Positions 23,884 through 36,679 of a stretch of 64,000 nucleotides of DNA are shown here, one piece after another. The stretch covers positions 378,594-442,593 of the forward strand of contig NW_005201551.1 in NCBI RefSeq assembly GCF_000372725.1. The letters run 5' to 3'. Source of the DNA: Emiliania huxleyi CCMP1516 (taxonomy: Eukaryota). Under the pieces are notes generated by a model. The model saw only the letters and a list, made by a program, of their open reading frames with translations, ran no database searches and was not told where the DNA came from. The stretch's first letter is position 1. Every line of letters starts with the position of its first letter. A program made the position numbers and the translations under genes.

Positions 23884-26800
23884 TTAGCTAGAGGTGTGAC
23901 GGCAGTCTGACCAGCCACTGGGCACCAGCAGGCGGTACGGGCGGATGCAAGCGAGGCGGAGACACGGCCACACTGGAGGGATACACAGACACAGGCTAGA
24001 CACGCACGGCTCGTTGGTGTGAGACGGGCGCTGCTTTGACAGGCGCTGTTCACAAGCGCTGACTCCGATGCCCCTGGGCCAGATCTCGGACGGATCTCGG
24101 CTGCATCTCGGCTGCATCTCGGCTAGATCTCAGCTGAGCAACGCGGACTCGGAGAAGGCGCGCAAGGTGAGGAGCGAGCCTGAGATACGGGGAGATATGG
24201 GGAGGTATGGGGAGATATGGGGAGATGGCATGGTGAGGAGCAAGCCTGAGGCGAACAGACGCCAATCTGCTAGGCACACGAATGTGAGTCGAGGAAGCGC
24301 GCAGCTAAGGGGGGGAGCTAAGGGGAGGAAGGAACCGTCCCCGCCCGCAAACGCGAGGATCAGCGACGCCTGTCGAGCAATGAGAGCTCGAAGATCACAA
24401 CCGATGTGACGGGGCTCGCCTCGGCTGTCTCTCGGCGGCTTCGACGCCTCCTCCACCCGCGCCTCGCCGCGCGCGAGCTCCTGTTCACAGCGGCGTCAGG
24501 TGTGAACGGCGTCTCTTCAAGCAGGCGGGCGGTGGGGCAAGGAAGGGGGGGAAGGCAAGCTAGATCGGCTGATCCCTCGGCTGCCTCTCGGCTGCCTCTC
24601 GGCTGCCTCTCGGCTGCCTCTCGGCTGCCTCTCGGCTGTCTCTCGGCTGCCTCTCGGCTGCCTCTCGGCTGCCTCTCGGCTGCCTCGCGGCTGCCTCTCG
24701 GCTGCCTCTCGGCTGCCTCTCGGCTGCCTCTCGGCTGCCTCTCGGCTGCCTCGCGGCTGCCTCTCGGCTGCCTCTCGGCTGTCTCTAAGCTGTCTCTAAG
24801 CTGTCTCTAAGCTGTCTCTAAGCTGTCTCTAAGCTATCTCTAAGCTATCTCTAAGCTGTCTCTAAGCTGTCTCTAAGCTATCTCTAAGCTGTCTCTAAGC
24901 TGTCTCTAAGCTGTCTCTAAGCTGTCTCTAAGCTGTCTCTAAGCTGTCTCTAAGCTGTCTCTAAGCTGTCTCTAAGCTGTCTCTAAGCTGTCTCTAAGCT
25001 GTCTCTAAGCTGTCTCTAAGCTGTCTCTAAGCTGTCTCTAAGCTGTCTCTAAGCTGTCTCTAAGCTGTCTCTAAGCTGTCTCTAAGCTGTCTCTAAGCTG
25101 TCTCTAAGCTGTCTCTAAGCTGTCTCTAAGCTGTCTCTAAGCTGTCTCTAAGCTGTCTCTAAGCTGTCTCTAAGCTGTCTCTAAGCGGGCTCCTTGCATG
25201 TGCTCGGCCGCAGCTCCGGCGGCTTGTCGTACAGAAGCAAGTGCGGAGGCCGCAGCACCGCCCACCGCGCCTTTCCGTCGAGATGCGCCGAGCTCAGCCG
25301 AGATCTGGCCGAGATCTAGCCGAGATCAGACTCTGACCGACGTCAGGCGAGATCAGAGATCTGGCCGAGGTCTGGCCGAGGTCTGGCCGAGGTCTGACCG
25401 AGATTTGATCGAGATTCGGCCGAGATATGACCGAGATGCAGCCCCTTTCGCCTTCCATGTCGACCCCCGTCGCGCTGCCGACGCCATCCCCTCCCGCCGG
25501 TGCAGAGTGCCTAGTCATCAACGAGTTCGTTGTCATGCAATCTCGCGCAATCTCGTGCGATCCCCCCCCCTCTCGCAGCGCGCCCGTCCGCGCAGCGCCG
25601 AAGTACGCGAGCTCCTCGCTCACGCTCTCCAGGGTCCAGTCGTCGCCGCCTGTTCACAGCCAGAGGTGTGAACAAAACCAGCTCCCTCGCTCACGCTCTC
25701 CAAAGTCGCCGCCTGCATCCGCCGCCGCCGCCGCCGGGTCCGGTGCCGTCGCCTGTTCACCAGCTAGTCGATGAGTCATCAGCAGTAATCAGTCATTCTA
25801 GTTGATTAGCCGCCGCCGGGTCCGGTGGCGTCGCCTGTTAGCCGTGCGGTGATCTCGAGTGCGATCTCGAGTGCGATCTCGCGGTGATCTCGCGGTGATC
25901 TCGAGTCTGATCTCCAGCCCGATGTCGAGAGTAATCTCGCGGTGATCTCGCGATGATCTCGCGGTGATCTCGCCTTGGTCGGCCGGAGCTGCGGCGAGGA
26001 GGGCGCGGACCGCGCGCCTATGGATTACTGATTAGTTGGTCATCACCAGCAGCGACTAATTAATGAGGACAGCGCTGGCCCGCTCGCCTGTTCATCAGCT
26101 AGCTGATGAGTCATCAGCAGCAATCAGTTATTACGTACGGGCGCTGGCTGCGCGCCTCCGGCAGCGGGGTGTGCCGCCCCGCCAAGCCTCTCCGCCCTCC
26201 CCTCCCCTCCCCCCTCCCCTCCCGCCTCCCTCCTCCCCTCCCTCCTCCCCGGATCAACCCCGCCCGGATCCGACTCTCGCCTCGTCCCGATCCCGACCAC
26301 GGCGTCGTCAGACGCCGGGGAGGCGCCTGTTCACAGCTGGCCGAGGTGTGAACAGGGGACCCGCCGCCCCTCGCCGCCGTCATACGCAAGCGAGCCGCCT
26401 CGACTCGCCGCCCCCCTCGCCGCCGCCGCCGCCGCCGCTGCCGCCGCCACTGCCGCCGCCGCCGCCGCTGCTGCTGCTGCTGCTGCTGCCTCCTCCTCCG
26501 CTGCACTCACCGCCGACCAATGACTCACCGGCTGTAGGCGAAGCTGCACGCGGCAGCCCTCGCCCACCCCTCCCTCCGCGGCCAGCGCGACGTTGACACG
26601 CCAGCAGGGGGGAGGGGGGGGAGGGGGGGGAGGGGGAGGGGGCGGAGGAGGAGACGGCGTGGTCGGCCTCGAAGATGGCCTAAGTCTCGCGACAAGCCTC
26701 GGGTGGCGCCTCTGGCACTTCCTTCCGGGAGAGGGGAATGGAAGGGGAGGGAGGGGGGGGGGGGGGGGGTCTGCTGGCCTCGAGGCTTGCGCGCTCCCGC

Positions 26801-29800
26801 CGCTGCCTCCTCCTCCTCCTCCTCCTCCCCATGGCGTGCCGGGCCGGGACGCGCCTGCCGCCTCGGGTCACTCTCAGGTCAATCTCAGGTCAATCTCAGG
26901 TCAATCTCGGGTCAATCTCGGGTCAATCTCAGGTCAATCTCGGGTCAATCTCGGGTCAATCTCAGGTCAATCTCAGGTCAATCTCAGGTCAATCTCAGGT
27001 CAATCTCAGGTCAATCTCAGGTCAATCTCGGGTCAATCTGGGGTTAATCTCGAATGTATCCCGAGCGAAATCTCGGCTGCATCTCGGCTGCATCTCGGCT
27101 GCATCTCGCGCCCAGCAGCGGCGACGCGCGTCCGGACGAGGGCTGCGAGGGCGGCTGCGAGGCGGGGCGGGAGGCGGGGCTGGCGGGCCGGCTCCCCGAC
27201 CGCGCGCCTGTGGGGAGATGCGACCTCGGCGTCATCTCGGGTGAGCTCAGGTCTTCTCGGGTCATCTCGGGGTGAGCTCAGGTCTTCTCGGGTCATCTCG
27301 GGTGAGCTCGGGTGAGCTCGGGTGAGCTGGGGTGAGCTCGGGTGAGCTCGGGTCATCTCGGGTGAGCTGGGGTGAGCTCGGGAGATCGATTGGATCCAAT
27401 GCTGACCCGTCTCTGGCCATGGTTGGCCCTCCCGTGATTGATCCGTCCACAGCACGCCCGCGCTTTCTCACAGATCCCATAGTTCCACGCCCCGGTCCAT
27501 AGCTGATCCGCACAGAGCCCACCCTTCCACAGCTGCCCCGTCTCACACCCGTCCATGGCTGACTTGCTCTCATGCACATAGCTCTTCCCATAGCTGCGCT
27601 CATCCATAGCTTTGCCCGTCCATCTCTTTCGCCCTGCAGGCCCGAGCATGCCCACATGGCAGGCCCGTAGCATACCCGCCCGTACCAGCCATTGCTCGTC
27701 CATTGCTGCCCCGTCCATTGCTGACCGTCCATGGCTGACTTGCTCTCATCTGCACATGGCTGGTCCCATAGCTTTGCCCGTCCATCTCTGGTCCCACAGC
27801 TTTGCCCGTCCATCTCTTTCGCCCTGCCCAACCTCTGGTGAACTAGGATCATATCGCGACATCTCGGGCGATCTCGGCTCATCGCGCCGGTCGGCGGCGC
27901 GGCGGCGCGGGCGTCGCGAGAGGCGGCAGCGATGGCGTGCACAATGTCGCCGACCTGTTCACAGCGCAGCGCGTGTGAAGAGACGCCGTTCACAGCTGGC
28001 GGTGGCGTGGGCCACGCTTCCGCCCACCCACGCGCCCGCCTCCGCCGCCGACGGCGCCGCCATCTCGTGCGTGCGGCCGTCCCTCTCCCGGAGGAGGATG
28101 CGGGCGGAGCGGGAGCCGGCGGCGGGGGAGTGGAGAGGGTTCGAGACGGTGGCACCGCGCAAGTCCACCTTGGGGAACAAAGGGAGGGGGGGCGGTCGGC
28201 TGCAGGCGTGGGAGAGACGGCGGCAGACGGTAGCAAGTCCACCATATCTCCCCATCTCTCCCCATATCTCCACCTTGAACGCTGGCAAGGTGGCGAGGCG
28301 AGCCGCGTCGTCAAACACGCAGAGGCGGCCGCCTGTCCACAGCAGCAAGTGTGAAGAGGCGCATTCACAGCGGCGGGGGGAGGCGGGACGACGGAGTGGC
28401 GGCTGCCCTGCACCAGCCCAAGCACCGGAGACCACAGGCCCGTCACCTGTTCACAGCGCGTGTGTTCACAGCCCGTCGCCAGCCCGATGCTGTGAAGAGG
28501 CACGTCACCGGCGAACGGAGCGTCATCGGGCCGCCGACCTGCATCGGCGAGCTCGAGATCAGCCGAGAGGTGTCACTCATTAACGACGACTATCGCTCAT
28601 TCATCAGAGAGAGGGCCTGCAGCGGCGCGGTGAGCTCGAGAGGTGGCGTCTCCTCCGCCGTCGCCGCGTCGGCAGCGCGGCGCGGAGCAGTCGCCTCCGC
28701 AGCGGCGCCCTCCTCCGCCGCCTGCGAGTGGAACCATATCAACCATCGCCATCTCTACGCCTCTGCAGCCGCACCCCCTCCTCCTCCTCCGACGCCTGCT
28801 CCGCCGCTAGCACTCTGGCCGCGTGCGGCGCCAGCAGCTGCGACACCACGAACAGCGCGACGTCCTGTGACAAACCACCAGAAGAGTTCAGCACGACAGT
28901 TCATCACTGACTGGCCTAGCTGCAACGCGGGGAAGAGCGCGGCGGGCCTCGGAGAGAAAGTACGCCGAGTGCGCCGAGAGAGCGGCGAGGCTCTCCGAGA
29001 TCCAAGCCTGATTCATCAGGGCGTTAATTAGCCTCAACCACGAATTAATTAGCGGCGAAGCTCCCCGAGACCCAAGCCTAATCAAACAATTGTGTGCGGT
29101 TAGTGAATTGATGGATTAATGGATTAACTTGGCTGCCCGGGCTCCAAGCCTTGGAGCTGAAGAGCTGCATGTCCGTCTCGCCGCGCCGGTCGTTCTCCTA
29201 CAGTGGAGATGTGGGGAGATATGAGGGAGATATGAGGGAGATATGGGTGTGCCGGTACTTATCGCACGTGATGAATACACACCGATCAGAAGGCGGGAAT
29301 GCGGTGGTGCACTTTAGAGCGTCGTGCGAATATGAGGCCGACTGCCGTCGCCGTCTCTCCCTTCTCGACTGCCTGTGCTTGTGCGTGTTGGGCCCCTGGG
29401 TTGTGTCTTGGTGTGTCTTGGTGTGCATACGAGGAATGCGAGCGTTGAGTGGGCCTCTCGAGCGCCAGTTGGAATGCATGAATTCGTATTCCGCTTCTAG
29501 GGCCCTTCTCCGCCAGCCACGCGAGCGCCTCTGCACGCGTCGCCCCGATCGGCAACGAGCGCGCCGCGGCGGGAAGGAGCCTGTGTACACTCCCTAGACA
29601 CCTCCTAGACACTTCCTAGACACTTCACAGCCGCGGCGGGGAGGAGCCGAGAGCGAGCCGGCCGCGTCTGCTTCGTCACCTATAGGAGAGCTCGGACAAT
29701 CTCGGGGTCATCTCGGGGAATCTCCCCGGCCGTGTTCTGCTTCGTCGCCTGATTCGTTATCGTTCATTCCTTAGGGGAAGCGCGAGTGGGCCTGCCGCGT

Positions 29801-32800
29801 CCTGCTTCCGTCACCCAGTCTCGCGTGGCGCGGGAAGCGACGAGCACGCCGTCCCGCGTGGGCGGCGGCAGCAGCGGCTCCACCTTGCAGACGTGAAACA
29901 AGTCGTCACGGACTGAAGAGTGCTTGCTTGCGGCGGCGGCAACAGCGGCTCCGCCTTCCAGCTGACCGGGTCCGCGCGCGACCAAATGTTGAAGTACGCG
30001 TCGCAGCTCGGCCGCGGCACTCCTAATGAGTTAATTCACTAGTCAGAAGGCATGCATTATTAGTCGCAGCCTCGGCCGCGGCACTCCTTTTGGCCCGTCC
30101 GGCTCGCACCTATTTATTGAGACAGTGTGATTCCCTCTTTGTTGAATAACGCCCCCTGGCCCGTCCGGCTCGCGCCTCTTGTCGGCCGTCTCCGAGCTGC
30201 GCTCGTGCCTGCGTTAATGAATTGGGGCAGCTAACGTCTGTGAAGTGTCTAGGAAGTGTCTGTGCAGAGTCTAGGAAGTGTCTAGGAAGTGTCTAGGAGG
30301 TCTAGGAAGTGTCTAGGAAGTGTCTAGGAAGTGTCTAGGAAGTGTCTAGGAAGTGTCTAGGAAGTGTCTAGGAAGTGTCTAGGAAGTGTCTAGGAAGTGT
30401 CTAGGAAGTGCCTGCGAGAGACGAGGAAGAGAGCGGCGGGAGAGCCGCAGGCGAAGAAGCAGTCCACCGGGAAGGGGAGCACCTGTTCACAGCTAGAGGT
30501 GTGAAGAGACGCTGTTCACAGCTAGAAGCAGTCCACAAGGAAGGGGAGCACCTGTTCACAGCTAGAGGTGTGAAGAGACGCCGTTCACAGCTAGAAGCAG
30601 TCCACCGGGAAGGGGAGCACCTGTTATCAAATGATGACGCGTATCGATTGATTGGCTGAAAACGAAGAAGCAGTCAGGAAGCGGAGCACCTGTTTTTAAT
30701 TAATTATGACTAAGTAGTTGGCCGCAGGCAAGGAAGCAGTCGGGCAGCGGAGCACGGGGTAAGAGACGCCGCCGACCGCCCGCCCCGCCTTTGTGAGCAA
30801 GTCGCGGTGGTGATGGTGCCGAGAGATGGCCAACTTAATTCATGATGAATTAATCAACGGCCTTGGTGAGGAGGTCGTAGGTGATGATGGTGCCGAAGGA
30901 GTGGCCTAAGAAGGCGAGATCGTATCTCGGAGATTGTATCTCGCCCGGGAGATGATGGTGCCGAAGGAGTGGCCTACGGGACATGTCTCTGAAAGGTCGT
31001 GGACGTGTCCCGGACATGTAGGTGACGATGGTGCGAGTGGCCAAAGATCGAGACGCCGCCGCTGAAGCCGGGGTGCTCCGCGACGAATGCGCGGTACCTG
31101 CCCGGTGGTGAATGTGCTAATGAATGAATGAGCTGAGTAATCACCAACTTAATGGGTGCTCCGCTACATAGGCGCGGTACCTGCCATTGGTTCACTGATG
31201 ATGACCAGAGGCTCCGCCACAGGTGGGCTAATCTCGAGCAATCTCGGGTAATCTCGGGTGATCTCGAGCAATCTCGCTTCGAGGTGAGCTGGTCGGCGAC
31301 GGCGTCGATGATGCGCTGGCCGTGCGACGTGGTCAGGTAGTAGAACACGTCCATCACCTAATTAATTCTCAATTGTGCGTGTTAACTGTTAATTATGCGA
31401 CGTGGTCAGGTAGTAGAAGACGTCCATCACCTAATTAATTCTCAGTTGTGCGTGTTAGCTGTTAATTATGCGACGTGGTCGGGTAGTAGAACACGTCCAT
31501 CACCTAATTAATTCTCAATTGTGCGTGTTAACTGTTAATTATGCGACGTGGTCAGGTAGTAGAAGACGTCCATCACCTAATTAATTCTCAGTTGTGCGTG
31601 TTAACTGTTACTTATGCGACGTGGTCAGGTAGTAGAAGACGTCCATCACCTAATTAATTCTCAGTTGTGCGTGTTAACTGTTACTTATGCGACGTGGTCA
31701 GGTAGTAGAAGACGTCCATCACCTAATTAATTCTCAATTGTGCGTGTTAGCTGTTAATTATGCGACGTGGTCGGGTAGTAGAAGACGTCCATCACGTTCT
31801 CGCGCATGAAGGAACGCATGTCGCCGGCGCCCTCGGGCATGCACGCGCGCAGCAGCTCCTGCGAGATCACCCGAGATCACCCGAGATCATCCGAGATCAC
31901 CCGAGAGCACCCGAGATCACCCGAGATCGCCCGAGATCACCCGAGATCATCCGAGATCATCCGAGATCACCCGAGATCACCCGAGATCACCCGAGATCAC
32001 CCGAGAGCACCCGAGATCACCCGAGATCACCCGAGATCACCCGCGAGCATCCGAGATCACCCGAGATCACCCGAGATCACCCGAGATCACCCGAGAGACT
32101 ACTCACGCGCAGCGGCGCCTGGTCCTCCGCCTCCCCGCCTCCGCCTCCGCCGACCGCCACATCTCCGTCAAGCGCCGCTCCCTCCCTCGCCGCAGCGCCG
32201 CCGCCCCCGTTGCCCAAGCTGCCTAGCTCGTTCAAACGTTTAACTATGAGCACTCGTCCTCCACAACTAAACAGTCGCCCCCAGTGCCAAAGCTGCCGCT
32301 GCTTCCGCTGCCCGGCACTCCGCCGCCGCCGCCGCCGCCGCCGCCTCCAACACCGCCTCCTCCTCCTCCACCACCTCCTCCTCCTCCGCCTTCAGCCGCC
32401 TCCGCCTCCGCTGCCGCCGCCGGCGCGGCGTCGAACAGCTGCGGGTAGTGCAGCAGCGAGTGCCTATGAAGTAGCAATTAATAGTCAATGATGATCTCTT
32501 GGCACAGCGGAGGGTCAGTGCAGCAGCGAGTGCCTACGCGTTCACAGCTGCTGGTGTTAAGAGGCGGGCGGTGGGGTGCAAGCCGCGGGTCAGTGCAGCA
32601 GCGAGGCGCGCCATTCGATCGAATGCACCGTCACCTCCGCCTGATAGTACTCATTCTTAGGATTAGGACTGTTCTCGCCATTCGATCGAATGCACCGTCA
32701 CCTCCGCCTGATAACAACTAGCTCAGTCAGTCACTCGCCCGGCATCAGACCGCCCTCTGCCTCTCCTTCCGCCGCCTTGATCCCGCGCAGCCGTGTCCGC

Positions 32801-33498
32801 AGCTGCGCCTGTTGGAAGAGGTGTGAAAGGACAGCTCAGAGAGGTCTCAACTGCTCTCGCGCCACCGTTGCTGCTGCTCAGCTTAACTCGGCTACACCTC
32901 GGCTACACCTCAGCGATCTCTCGTCCCGATCTCGGCAAGCTCTCGGCAGCACCTCAATCAGCTCGCGGAACTCGCGGTTGCCTGTGTTCGCGACCAAACG
33001 TGTGAAACTACACTGCGCTGCGCGGAGGCGCGTGCGGTCTGAGAGTGTTCAGGTGTGTGCGGTCACGCAGGTTGCGTGGAGTGTTGCGCTGAGTTGAGCG
33101 TGCGCGTGCGGCTGGCGAGAGAACGTGCGATTGAGCGCGAGTGTGTCCACGAGCTGCTGCTGCCAAAGAAGCGTGCGGCGAGTGGTGTCGTCCGATGGTG
33201 TGAGTTCGCCTCCTGGGCCGTCGCCCTTCCCGTCCGGCTGGCCGTCCCAGGAGAGGTTTTTGCCGTCGATAAAGTCGTCGTGGCGGCCGATGCCGTGCAC
33301 GAGGAAGAGGAGGTGCTGGCGCGAGCACACTGGTGAGGCTGCAGCCGCAGCACAGCCTGCCCCGCTCTCCTCGGCCGCACCGAGCTTCTTCTCGAGCGTC
33401 CGGCGGAGCGCGCCGAGGAGCGCGGCGGCGGCCTCGGGATGGTCGGCGTCGAGTGCGATGCGCTGAATGGCGGCGAGCTCCGCGCCGATCCGCTCCAT
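23884..33498 (-). CDS. DDHD-domain phospholipase A1 (PA-PLA1/SEC23IP family) with a downstream PH-like domain; multi-exon, 3' end uncertain
   Basis: ATG 33498. Motifs HLLFLVHGIG, IEW, MDVFYY, GGVSIFGHSFGTIITYDLL (lipase GxSxG), FPVDCFFACGSPAALFL, YFNIWSRADPVSWKAEPLL and SAHSAYF. PH-like exons at ~28530-27930. Exons below ~27900 are low-complexity and tentative. Confidence 0.8.
24577..25185. repeat. Compound 11-bp satellite: (CTCGGCTGCCT)n switching to (CTAAGCTGTCT)n near 24780
   Basis: Visible directly. The two units are in register and differ at 3 positions. Confidence 0.97.
26875..27040. repeat. Intronic 11-bp tandem repeat (GTCAATCTCRG)n
   Basis: Visible directly. Confidence 0.95.
30243..30408. 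repeat. Intronic 11-bp tandem repeat (AAGTGTCTAGG)n
   Basis: Visible directly. Confidence 0.95.
31358..31795 (-). repeat. Intron made of 6 x 73-bp units (copy of next exon start + AT-rich filler + AG)
   Basis: On the minus strand the unit GTGATGGACGT(C/G)TTCTACTACC(T/C)GACCACGTCGCA...AATTAATTAG precedes the true exon VMDVFYYLTTSHG. 438 bp = 6 x 73. Confidence 0.92.
31862..32095. repeat. Intronic 10-bp tandem repeat (CCGAGATCAC)n
   Basis: Visible directly. Related CCGAGAT-core arrays occur in many other introns. Confidence 0.95.
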
Positions 33499-33586
33499 GG
33501 GCAGCCAAGAGACACGGTTTCGGGTTGTCAAGCGCCGTGCAGCCGTGGCAGTGCCGGCGAAGGAAGAATTTAAAGAAAGGATTCAA

Positions 33587-35784
33587 GGTGGCAGTCCGGG
33601 TTCTGTGAAGAGGGTCGCTGGTCGAATGCGAGCCAGTTCGCTCGCGACGCCGACGCCGACGCCGCCGCCGGAACGACCGCGGCGGCCGGTCGAGCGGCCG
33701 CCCCGGCCAGCGGCCGTATCGAGCCTGCCCGTCGCGAAGGTGCGGACCTCACGCGCCCCACCGGCCGCCCGCGCCGCCGCGCCCACGTCGCTCTCTCGAA
33801 GCCCAGCGCCACGCCGCTACGACTCCCATCGCGACGACTCCCGTGCTCGCTCGTGGCGCAGGCGATCGACTCCTGACACCCATCGAGCGGATGGGCGCGT
33901 TCCCGCCGCGACCCGGTACTCTCGAACGACTTTTGAGGGCAAAAGGTGCCGCCCGAGCCCATTCCCGCCGCCCGCCGCCCGAGATCAGCTGCCACCGGCC
34001 AGCGCGCGCGCGGAGACCTGCCGCGAGCGCCTCCGTGGCCCTAGCTGGGGTGATTAGCAAGCGCCTCGGCACTTTAGATTCGCCCCTCGGGCTTTTCCGC
34101 GCGCGTGATCAGTCTCGCGTTCTCTCCTTTTTCAGGCGCCTGTTTTCGGCCTCTGAAGAGCAACCGTCGAGGCGTCGATGCTCGCCTCCACGCCCGCGCC
34201 AGACCTCCGCGATTGGGGCGCCTTGTCGACGGGATCAATTGTGATTCCGGGCGTATTTTTCTGGTATCTTACTCGCACGTCGGCGACTCTTAGTCGCTTC
34301 TCCGTGCTAGGAGGCCTCTGTCGTTTGTGTCCGTGAGGACTAGATCGAAACTAACATTCGGGAACATTTCAGTAAGATATCAGAAAAATGCGCGTTCGTT
34401 CACAATTCATGTGTATATGAACGGTGCCGACGGGTTTGGCGAGCAGCGAAGCCGTCCAGGCGCAGCAACGCGACGGTTTCGGAGGCCGACGGCTCCGAAA
34501 GAGCCTCCCGAGCGAGGCGGCGCGGTCACGGTACCGTGGAGGCCACAGACGTCGCCGGAGCGGCACTCCCGGGGCGCCACTCCCTCACCCGGTCAGGGGG
34601 GGCCAACCACAGCCCGCCTCACCGTCCGTGGAGCTTCCGTGGTCCGCCGCTTCGGCTTCGATTTTCGACCCTCCCGAGGCTGCTATAGCAGCCCCGCGGA
34701 GCCTCCCGGATGCATCGGCACACCGTCGTCCAGAACGCCGGCGCACGCGCTGCCCAGTGACTGGGCGGGTCGGCCCCGACTAGGGGCGGGCCCAGCCGCG
34801 CGGAGAAGACCATCCCACTCGCGGTTCGTCGCACCGTCCGCTCCAGTTTTCGTCTCGAGCGGGTCGTGAGACGGCCGCGAGAGCGAGCACCGCGGTCACG
34901 GTACCTTGGAGGCCACAGACGTCGCCGGAGCGGCACTCCCGGGGCGCCACTCCCTCACCCGGTCAGGGGGGGCCAACCACAGCCCGCCTCACCGTCCGTG
35001 GAGCTTCCGTGGTCCGCCGCTCCGGCTTCGATTTTCGACCCTCCCGAGGCTGCTATAGCAGCCCCGCGGAGCCTCCCGGATGCATCGGCACACCGTCGTC
35101 CAGAACGCCGGCGCACGCGCTGCCCAGTGACTGGGCGGGTCTGCCCCGACTAGGGGCGGGCCCAGCCGCGCGGAGAAGGCCAGCGAGCTCGAAACACGTC
35201 GCCGCGGCCGGCCGTTTCGCAAGCCTGAGCGGGTCGCCAGACACCCGCGAGAGCCAGCAGCTAGAGCGCCGTCGTAGCCGCAGATCGAGTCGAGGAGCTT
35301 GATGTCCACGGTAGCAGTTGTGGAGAGCGGTGGCACGGTGCGTGTAGACGCGTCGATTGAGGGCTCCCTTTCGAAACGCGACGGGTACGGCTCGACAACT
35401 GCCAGCACAGTTTTACGCCGGCCAGCGTGAGAGCACAACAGGGAGCCGGCGACCCGTACGCTTTGCGCGTGGCGACTGGTGGCTGTCTGGAGCTCGTGTG
35501 AGCTGGGCCGACGCGTGGCCGAGCCGAGAGGACCAGCGAGCGACCACGTTGGCGATGAAGCTTGGCGGCCGGCGCCTCGTCGCCAGACGTCACAGCGGCG
35601 TGGATGTAGGAGTGTGCGGCGACGGTTACCGGCAAATCCGGCCCAGTGTGGCCGGCAGCTGCCTAGCGCTGGCCTGTGGCCGGCGCCGCGGTGGCGGAGA
35701 AGGCGTCTCGCCGCCGTGGCGGCGGTCGGCAGGTGCGAGCGTGATGCCATCTTGCGGGACGACACCAAAACCCGGACTGCCACC
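33587..35784. mobile_element. Putative Kolobok-like non-autonomous DNA transposon
   Basis: TIRs GGTGGCAGTCCGGGTT / AACCCGGACTGCCACC flanked by TCAA (33583-33586) and TTAA (35785-35788). GG..CC termini. Contains an internal duplication with a 370-bp period (34521-34810 ~ 34891-35180). Confidence 0.65.
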
Positions 35785-35786
35785 TT

Positions 35787-36000
35787 AAACAAAAGAATCT
35801 TACAACAAAACTCCCTCGCACAACACTGGGCACGGGACTGGCGCGCACTGGCACGAACACAGGTACAAAAGAACTCTCTCTCACAGCAGACACAAACAAA
35901 AGAATTTTACAACCAAACTCCCTCGCACAACACTGGGCACGGGACTGGCGCGCACTGGCACTAACACAGGTACACCACGGGAGCCGCCTATATCGCCTTC
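35787..36000 (-). mobile_element. 3'-UTR fragment of a CRE-like retrotransposon with an internal ~60-bp duplication
   Basis: The reverse complement GGCGGCTCCCGTGGTGTACCTGTGTTAGTGCC..GCTGTGAGAGAGAGTT matches the 3' UTRs at ~37040-37070 and ~40225-40320. A smaller piece lies at ~57950-57990. Confidence 0.7.
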
Positions 36001-36679
36001 TCCCAGGGCCAGTGCGCTACTTGCGGCGCGCAACGCCTGCTCAAGTACGCGCAACGTACCATGTGCTGCCGCTATGCGTGCCTTATGGCGGCTGCGGCGA
36101 AGCGGCGGGCGCGGCATGCCGATGGCAGTGCGGACGATGCGGTTGCGATGTGTTCTGCTTCAAGATCGTGGCGGTGCTTGGCATGCACTTCTGCGATCCC
36201 AATCAGCTCATCGCAACGAAGCAGCGCAACAAGCTGGCTGCTGCCAACAAGGCCCTATGCTACCTCACGCGCGGATCGTTCAAAGAGGACCAGCATACAC
36301 AGGCTTCTCTGACACGCGTTTGTTTGAGCTTGAGGCTATTTGTGAGAACTGTTTGGCGAGAAGTCGCCGAAGATTGCGCTCAAGAAGCAGCAACGAGAAT
36401 CGGAAGAGGAGGATGCTGAGGCGGCGATTGCTGAGCATGAGAAGGATCGATCGCCCGCCGCAGGCGAAGAAAATTTGGGGGCTGCGCCGTATCGTTGTAC
36501 GTTGATCACGGTGGGAGCCTCTTGGCCCCAGGCCGTCCACGGCCGACTTAGCCGATGTAAGAGGCTCCCGCTGATCTTAGACCGCGCAAGCACTCCAGCG
36601 TGGCTAGCCACACTTAGACCCGTTAGGCCTCCAGGCTCAGAACTTAGACTACTACCCAACCAGTGTGGGCGGCGACCGC

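Noticed and set aside
36150..36300. IATKQRNKL..LCY resembling the hAT transposase dimerisation tail
   Set aside because: The upstream W/ERxxS motifs are not visible. The match is too short to call.
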